Below, in pieces: positions 33,976 to 40,689 of a DNA stretch of 40,689 bases (position 1 is the first letter of the stretch; each line of letters begins with the position of its first letter). The position numbers were made by a program, and so were the translations under genes. The stretch comes from Octopus bimaculoides (taxonomy: Eukaryota): contig NC_068988.1 of NCBI RefSeq assembly GCF_001194135.2, positions 37,658,973 to 37,699,661 on the forward strand. Direction: 5' to 3'. Under the pieces are notes generated by a model. That model searched no databases and was not told the origin of the DNA. It worked only from the letters and a program-made list of their open reading frames with translations.

Positions 33976-35084
33976 TAATATAAACACACATATATAGATA
34001 GATAGATAATTAGGCTTCAGTCAGGCAAAATTTACATCTCAGGTTTATTCAATGGGCTCTTTGTTCAATTTACAAGCCAAAAAACAACATACACTTTTTT
34101 GAACTCTAGTAAAAATTCAATTCTCATTTCTCAGAGATAAGGAAGGATAACACTCCTCCCCCTCCCCCATTACACCAAAGGAAAGCTATCGGGAAATGGA
34201 GAATGATGTAAGTCTTCACATCCTCACTATTTTTTTTTCTTATTTCTGTAATAAAAGAGGCGATCTCTAAGAAACAAGACTCCACCACAGGACACACACA
34301 CATTACAAACATCATANNNNNNNNNNNNNNNNNNNNNNNNNNNNNNNNNNNNNNNNNNNNNNNNNNNNNNNNNNNNNNNNNNNNNNNNNNNNNNNNNNNN
34401 NNNNNNNNNNNNNNNNNNNNNNNNNNNNNNNNNNNNNNNNNNNNNNNNNNNNNNNNNNNNNNNNNNNNNNNNNNNNNNNNNNNNNNNNNNNNNNNNNNNN
34501 NNNNNNNNNNNNNNNGTGTCATATATATATATATATATATGATGTGGAGCGGGGCAGTGTGAGTGAGTGTGTGTGAGAGAAAGTATCGTCGAATTTTGTA
34601 ATTGAAGTCGGTTTTCATTTTCTTTTTTTAAGCAAATCTTAGATTGACGTCAGAGCTGTTACAGTATAACATTGTGTAAGATATTTGCGATATAAATATA
34701 TTTCTCTGTGTGTGTGTGTGTAGTACACACACACACATAGTGATGTAGCAAAATCATGCAAAGCAATTGTTTATTCACTGATAAAGTTCTATTCTCTTTG
34801 CACATATCTGGATTTTCAAGCCATTTTATTTATGAATAAAAGCTGGCTGAGTTGTTATTTAGCGCCAGATCAGCACTATCTAACGGAACCTATGATGAAA
34901 GGTTTTTCAGCCGTGACTAACCCATCTTTTTTTCAGGCTGGTGGATTGGCACTATCATTAGAGCATCAAGCAAAATGTCTTGCAGTATTTGTTCCGGCTT
35001 TTTACGTTCTAAGTTCAAATCACACCGAGGTCAGCTGTCTACAATCCCCTCCCCCACACTATTTCTGGATATATGCCTATCTTT

Positions 35085-35460
35085 TGCTCTTTGTTTGATT
35101 CAGTCATTAGACAACGGCCATTCTGAGGCACCACCTTGAAGGGTTATTTTTACGTCGAACAAATCGACCCCAGTGAAATTTTTGTTTTAAGTCTGGTAAT
35201 TTATTCTATCGAGGTATGTAAATGAACCAATACCGGTTGTTAAGCGGTGTCAGGGATACACACACACACACGCACGCACGCACATATATACGCGATGGGC
35301 TTCCACACATTTTTCGTCTATCACATTCACTCACATAGTATTGGTCAGCCCGGAGCTTTACTAGAAGACACTTGCCCAAAGTGCCACGCAATCAGATTTC
35401 ACTGGAAACCGAGTAGTTGCAAAGCAAGCATTTTGACCTCAAGGCCATGTCTGCGCTTAT
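35085..35460 (-). mobile_element. SINE family A, diverged full length
   Basis: Tail (GTCGAACAAATCGACCCCAG), (CA)n spacer and head/core (AGAAGACACTTGCCCAAAGTGCCACGCA) are collinear with the other copies. Confidence 0.8.
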
Positions 35461-35539
35461 ATGTTGGAAATCATTATTTAAAATTGGCCTGTAGATGGCA
35501 AAATCAGTAAGCCACCAAACACAATATCTTACGCTATTT

Positions 35540-35700
35540 AATATATCTCTTTACGCGTTCTGAGTTCAATTCCCACCTGAGTTAACTTCGCCTTTTATCC
35601 TTCGGAGGATCAATAAAATAAGTAGCTGTTCGGTACAGTAATCAATATAATCCATTGCATCTGGTCTCGAAATTTATGACCTTGTATCAAAGTTATAAAT
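35540..35700 (+). mobile_element. SINE family B, degenerate
   Basis: GTTCTGAGTTCAATTCCC...CTTTTATCCTTCGGAGGATCAATAAAATAAGTA. Confidence 0.6.
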
Positions 35701-36029
35701 CATTTATATATTTAACATTTTAGTTTAGCTGAGCTAATTTTTAATCAATGTCTTGTGGTATTTGATTGATTTCTGTCTACGATAGCAAATTATGATATAT
35801 AGACATTAATAGAGGGAATATAAATATGGCTTCTTATTTATTCAGTCGATTGACTGGGTGGACTGCTGCGTGTATGTGCAGTTCTTTAAGAAATCATGAA
35901 GTCACAGGTTCGATTCCACAACACGGAAACTTGGGTACGTAACTTCTACTATAATGAAGTAAGTGCAGATACATCTAATGTGGCAAGCATGATAACTAAT
36001 TAATTTATACTATAAGCATATCTCTTTTA

Positions 36030-36390
36030 TTCTTTTACTCGTTTCAGTCATTTGACTGCCGTCATGCTGGAGCACCGCCTTTAGTCGAGCAAATCGACCC
36101 CAGGACTTATTCTTTGTAAGCCTAGTACTTATTCTATCGGTCTCTTTTGCCGAACTGCTAAGTTACGGGGACATAAACACACTAGCATCGGTTGTCAATC
36201 AATGCTGGGAGGACAAACACATATATACGACAGGCTTCTTTCAGTTTCCATCTACCAAATCCACTCACAAGGCTTTGGTCGGCCCGAGGCTATAGTAAAA
36301 GACACTCGCCCAAGGTGCCACGCAGTGGGACTGAACCCGGAACCATGTGGTTGGTAAGCAAGCTACTTACTACACAGCCACTCCTGCGTC
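36030..36390 (-). mobile_element. Full-length SINE family A
   Basis: Near-identical to 26906-27287. Confidence 0.92.
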
Positions 36391-36574
36391 TATATATCGA
36401 TGAGAATTTTAAAATGAGCCAACTCTTAACTCAACTTTAAAAAGGCATGGGAAACAACTTACAATTAAAAAAAAAAAATTATGATTTGACGCACCAAAGT
36501 TTCTGTTGATTAAAACTAGAAACAGACAATGCTGCCAGAGTGGAAACAGTCTTATTTGGCAGACGTAGTGATAA

Positions 36575-36611
36575 CTTCGGACATGTTTCGTCTTATTAGA
36601 CCTCATCGAAG
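36575..36611 (-). ncRNA. Minimal hammerhead ribozyme motif with a 3-nt core deletion
   Basis: CUUCG-[CUG missing]AUGA-G-GUCU aaua AGAC-GAAACAUGU-C-CGAAG: perfect 5-bp stem I, 4-bp stem II, palindromic ACAUGU and a GUC site. Confidence 0.55.
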
Positions 36612-37305
36612 CATAATCATTACAAGCGCAAGCATGGCTGTGTGGTTAAGAAGTTCACTTCTCAAACATATATATTTGATATAAAATGAAAACAATCACA
36701 CCTTAGTGATGTACGTTGCTGGGTATAGTACCTCAGTTGCTACTTCTGAAATACTTAGCACATCATTTATGCTATACTTGTAGGTGCCCGTGGACGTGGA
36801 ATAATGAGAAAGTTCTTTGTGTTCTTTTTATGAAATTTTAGCGTGTCACTGTTATCACTTTTTGGTTCTATTGCAATTTACTTTCACTTTTTATGACCGT
36901 AAACTGCATGTCAGCTGAAAATATGCGAACATAAAAGGATTGATGATTGTGTTTCATTTATTGAATAAAGATGTAACTGCTTTATAATCTTATTGTAATT
37001 TACAACATATTTAAAATATTTAGTAATGCAATAGAACAAAGTCAGAAANNNNNNNNNNNNNNNNNNNNNNNNNNNNNNNNNNNNNNNNNNNNNNNNNNNN
37101 NNNNNNNNNNNNNNNNNNNNNNNNNNNNNNNNNNNNNNNNNNNNNNNNNNNNNNNNNNNNNNNNNNNNNNNNNNNNNNNNNNNNNNNNNNNNNNNNNNNN
37201 NNNNNNNNNNNNNNNNNNNNNNNNNNNNNNNNNNNNNNNNNNNNNNNNNNNNNNNNNNNNNNNNNNNNNNNNNNNNNNNNNNNNNNNNNNNNNNNNNNNN
37301 NNNNN

Positions 37306-37392
37306 AAGTACCAGTGAAACACTGGGGGTCGATGTAATCCACTGGTCCCCTCCTCTCCACAAACATCAGGTCTTGTGCCTTTAGTAGAAAGG
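37306..37392 (+). mobile_element. SINE family B 3' part
   Basis: AAGTACCAGTGAAACACTGGGGGTCGATGTAATC...TCTTGTGCCTTTAGTAGAAAGG followed by (ATT)n. Confidence 0.75.
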
Positions 37393-37437
<45 letters not shown>

Positions 37438-38087
37438 TCCCCCAATCTTCTTGCTGTAATTTTTCCTTTTTTACTTTTTTCCCATAAGTTTCTTTTTTCA
37501 GAATTGTTTTAAACATAACAGATTATGATGTTTTTCAAACACATACACGCACGCACACACACACACACACACATATAGCTTGACTTTTTCATTTTTCCGA
37601 AATTTCTTCTTTTTTTTAAGTTTTTCGATTTTTTTTTCAAATATACACTTTTCTACAATTATATAGAATATGTTATTCTCACAAATTTAGTTTTTAGGAG
37701 AGTTTTGTTCCGATTTTATTTATTTTTTTTTTTTTCATTTTTTTATAGAAGTATTGGGTGCTAGTAGTGGCAGAGGGGCAAAAAAATTGTTTGTAGCCTC
37801 TGATATTTAAAACACAAATCCGAAGAAACAATGGTTTTTAGCAAAATAGATAATTTCCGGGTCTAGTATTCTGAATTTACCAAAACATTTTTTCAATATA
37901 GCTTTTGGCTGTATGCACAAAGTGTGCCTACATATTTCTATTTGCTCTACACAGGACCGGTCTATTTCCAGAGCAAGCTGAATTTCAGCGTCGTTACAAG
38001 TATTTTGTTTGTCGTTTTAATGTTTTGAAGGAGTAATTATAAGAATAAATTGTTTAATACAATTTATTAAACATAGGGATAAAGCAA

Positions 38088-38278
38088 CGAGCAGGCAGAA
38101 TCGTTAGCGCATTGGACAAAATGCTTAGCAGCAATTTTCCGGCTTTTTGTGTTCTGAGTTCAAATACCACCGAAGTCAACTTTGCTTTCAACTTTATGGG
38201 GTCGATTAAGTAAAATACCGAGGCCGATGTAACCGACTTGCCTATTCCTTTAATATTGCTGGCCTTGTGAAAAAATGT
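38088..38278 (+). mobile_element. SINE family B
   Basis: GAGCAGGCAGAATCGTTAGCG...GTTCTGAGTTCAAAT...GCTGGCCTTGTG. Confidence 0.85.
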
Positions 38279-38858
38279 GAAATTATCAAATATAGAAACA
38301 ATGCGTTTATTCACTTATACATTCATTTCTCTTACTTCATAAATCTTAAACATATTACGTGACGCCTCAGCTGACTGCCCGAATTTCAGGTACCTTCAAC
38401 CGACCCTGCCTCTGACGTGTATCGCGAGTAGGCCGAAAGAAGTCTGCTTTCACACACACTTACACGCACACATACTTCCTTTCTCCATCGCAAAATTAAA
38501 ATTAAAGGAGATCGTGAGAGTATCCGTCACTCCCCATTTTTGAAGAAAGAGCTGTGATGTTGTGTGGGGTGTGTAGGATGTGTCGACTGCAAAGGGCAAC
38601 CACTATTTTGGAGGGATTGCACCATCGCTGTTGTTGAAAGTGTGTTGTGTTTAAGGCAGGTGAGTAACCAATTTGGCTACTGCACAGGTCGGCCAATACC
38701 GTGCCGACCACGCGGGCCAGCCAAGTTTTTGGGAAGGGTAGCACAGTTGCTGTAGTAGAAGTCATGTTTAAGGAAAAGGGCAGCCAATTTGGCTTCCGCA
38801 TAGATCGACCAAAACCGTCACTACGCCACTGGGGAAGAACCTGTCATATATTCATAAG

Positions 38859-39041
38859 GGTGCAACTTTAGCGCACGGTCTACTTTGCCATTTATACTTT
38901 AGCGTGCAATCTGCTTTAACTCTAACTTAAACCCTAATCCTAAAGCTTTGCCCTAGCCCTAAACGTAAGCCTGTTCCAGATCAGATCATTTCACAGCGTA
39001 GACTACAGGTACTGTAGTAGACTGCACGCTAAGTCAGCACC
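38859..39041. mobile_element. Older Merlin-like MITE with degenerate telomere-like core
   Basis: TIRs GGTGCAACTTTAGCGCACGGTCTAC / GTAGACTGCACGCTAAGTCAGCACC; internal TAACTCTAACTTAAACCCTAATCCTAAA...CCCTAGCCCTAAA; flanks TTCATAAG / TTCATAGC. Confidence 0.6.
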
Positions 39042-39073
39042 TTCATAGCTTTCTACCGAGTTCTGGGCCGACG

Positions 39074-39243
39074 CAGTGCCATCTTAAAGCTTGAGCACAC
39101 TGGGCAGTTGCCCTAGGACTCCACGGGACTGGAAACCCAATTCTGATGTATTTATGTTGTGACTTGCTGTCAATAAGTAAATATTATAGGGTCCAGTGCA
39201 TTTACTTTGCCTAGGGGCCTATGATGATATTTAGACAGCCCTG
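39074..39243. mobile_element. hAT-like MITE
   Basis: TIRs CAGTGCCATCTTAA / TTAGACAGCCCTG; 8-bp flanks GGCCGACG / GACCGACG match at 7 of 8 positions. Confidence 0.7.
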
Positions 39244-39847
39244 GACCGACGTATCGGTTGAATACCTATTTCTCACTTCTTATAGGCTCTGATCGTAAGT
39301 TAACAAAAAAATTAGAACTAGTACGTTACCAGTAGAATTTTCTATAGAATTTCCTCCATCATACTCTCTATATACTTAGTAGTTCCGCAAATGGAACAAC
39401 TGAGATTACTCGTCATCGGTGCCAAAACGAGATACCATTTACTTTTTCTTTTCTTTTATCAGGTTCTTATTTTATTGATCTCCGAAGAAAGGAGCGAAAA
39501 AGACAAGTCGATGCCGAAAGGGTTTAAAACATTAAACAATGAAGTACGAAACCATATACCATGAGGCATTAGTTTACTGTCTCTCTTTATTCCACTGACC
39601 CACCACCGTGACATCACATATAACATGTATTTATAAACTCTTATATAATTAATGAAAGAGTGGGGAGAAAGAGTGAATGTCAAATACTAAATAACTTCTT
39701 TAGTTCTGTGATAATTGCTTTATTTTTAGATACTTTCGCGTTCTTCATTCATTTCTTATAAGACATCGCTAGAAATTAAACATTAGTTGAAATAATTCAG
39801 TAAATTGATATTATATAGTTCATAGATGAGAATCAGATATTCTTTTC

Positions 39848-40055
39848 TACTCTAGGCACAAAGCCCGAAATTTTGGGGGAGGTAGCCAGTCGATTAGATC
39901 GATTCCAGTACGCAACTGGTACTTAATTTATTGACCCCGAAAGGATGAAAGGCGAAGTCGACCTCGGCAGAATTTGAACTCAGAACGTAAAGACAGACGA
40001 AATACCGCTAAGCATTTCGCCCAGCGTGCTAATGTTTCTGCCAGCTCATCGCCTT
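39848..40055 (-). mobile_element. Full-length SINE family B, young
   Basis: Very close to the window consensus, AGGCACAAAGCCCGAAATTTTGGGG ... CTGCCAGCTCATCGCCTTA. Confidence 0.92.
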
Positions 40056-40394
40056 AAGCATAACAAATATTCTTTTCTACTCAGATATTCTGCGTATAGA
40101 ATACACTTAGTGGTGTTCAATAAATTAAACTTAAGCGGGTATAGAAGTAAATGTAGAGATAAGTTAGACAGATCAATATATAAAGTATAATTAAATACGT
40201 GAAATACAAAAAATGTAGATATGTATACGTACAAAAAGGTCCGACTTACACAGAATACAAATAATATATAGAATTAAAAGGGTTGAAGAAAAGTATTACA
40301 AACCCAACAGCTGTTTGCAGATTGATTCCATCGTTGGATGATACAAGCCTCAAACTGATATCATATTTTTTTTAAATCATTTGAGTCGACAAAT

Positions 40395-40689
40395 ATGTTG
40401 TTGACACTCCGTCGCTTACGACGTCGAGGGTTCCAGTCGATCCGATCAACGGAACAGCCTGCTCGTGAAATTAACGTGCAAGTGGCTGAGCACTCCACAG
40501 ACACGTGTGCTCTTAACGTAGTTCTCGGGGATATTCAGCGTGACACAGTGTGACAAGGCTGACCCTTTGAAATACAGGTACAACATAAACAGGAACAGGA
40601 AGTAAGAGTGAGAGAAAGTTGTGGTGAAAGAGTACAGCAGGGTCCATCACCATCCCCTGTCGGAGCGTCGTGGAGCGTTAGGTGTTTTC
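40395..40689 (-). mobile_element. SINE-like interspersed repeat, 3' part, cut by the window edge
   Basis: GTTGACACTCCGTCGCTTACGACGTCGAGGGTTCCAG...GACCCTTTGAAATACAGGTAC; recalled as the tail of an abundant octopod SINE, not database-verified. Confidence 0.6.

Larger units (their letters stand above)
1..40689. repeat. Dense microsatellites ((CA)n, (TA)n, (GA)n, (TAA)n, (GATA)n) throughout, flanking most N gaps
   Basis: Seen directly, e.g. 1-45, 410-440, 1845-1885, 3110-3195, 31089-31125, 31459-31500, 33660-33760, 37393-37435. Confidence 0.95.

Noticed and set aside
3686-37445. Long ORFs in the track containing X runs (e.g. 3686-4397, 8619-9421, 16883-17366, 19474-20411, 31188-32697, 36911-37445)
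   Set aside because: They are open only because N bases contain no stop codons; these are assembly-gap artefacts
1-40689. CRISPR arrays, rRNA genes, prokaryotic operons or defence systems
   Set aside because: There are no regularly spaced repeat-spacer units, rRNA-like sequence or gene-dense regions; the window is eukaryotic intronic/intergenic DNA

Overview
AT-rich eukaryotic genomic scaffold with dense microsatellites and many N-gaps. It is most likely octopod cephalopod DNA; this is inferred from recalled SINE families and was not checked against a database. Nearly all ORFs in the track are artefacts of microsatellites, N-gaps or repeats. The only well-supported host coding sequences are two paralogous + strand exons about 20 kb apart (849-1293 and ~21175-21326). 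Both end in the conserved peptide PTKIDESSxxV(I/L)KYRTPNF at a phase-2 AG|GTAAG donor, and I could not identify the product. The rest is a transposable-element graveyard: about 30 tRNA-derived SINE copies or fragments from three or four families, relics of RTE and CR1/Jockey-like LINEs, a Gypsy RT relic, a Helitron helicase fragment, Tc1 and maT (DD37D) transposase relics, and several MITEs/foldbacks with visible TSDs. Most notable are the duplicated exons (tandem genes or variable first exons), Merlin-like MITEs carrying telomere-type CCCTAA repeats, five Penelope-type minimal hammerhead ribozyme motifs (two as a head-to-head pair), and an inverted, serially deleted RTE.
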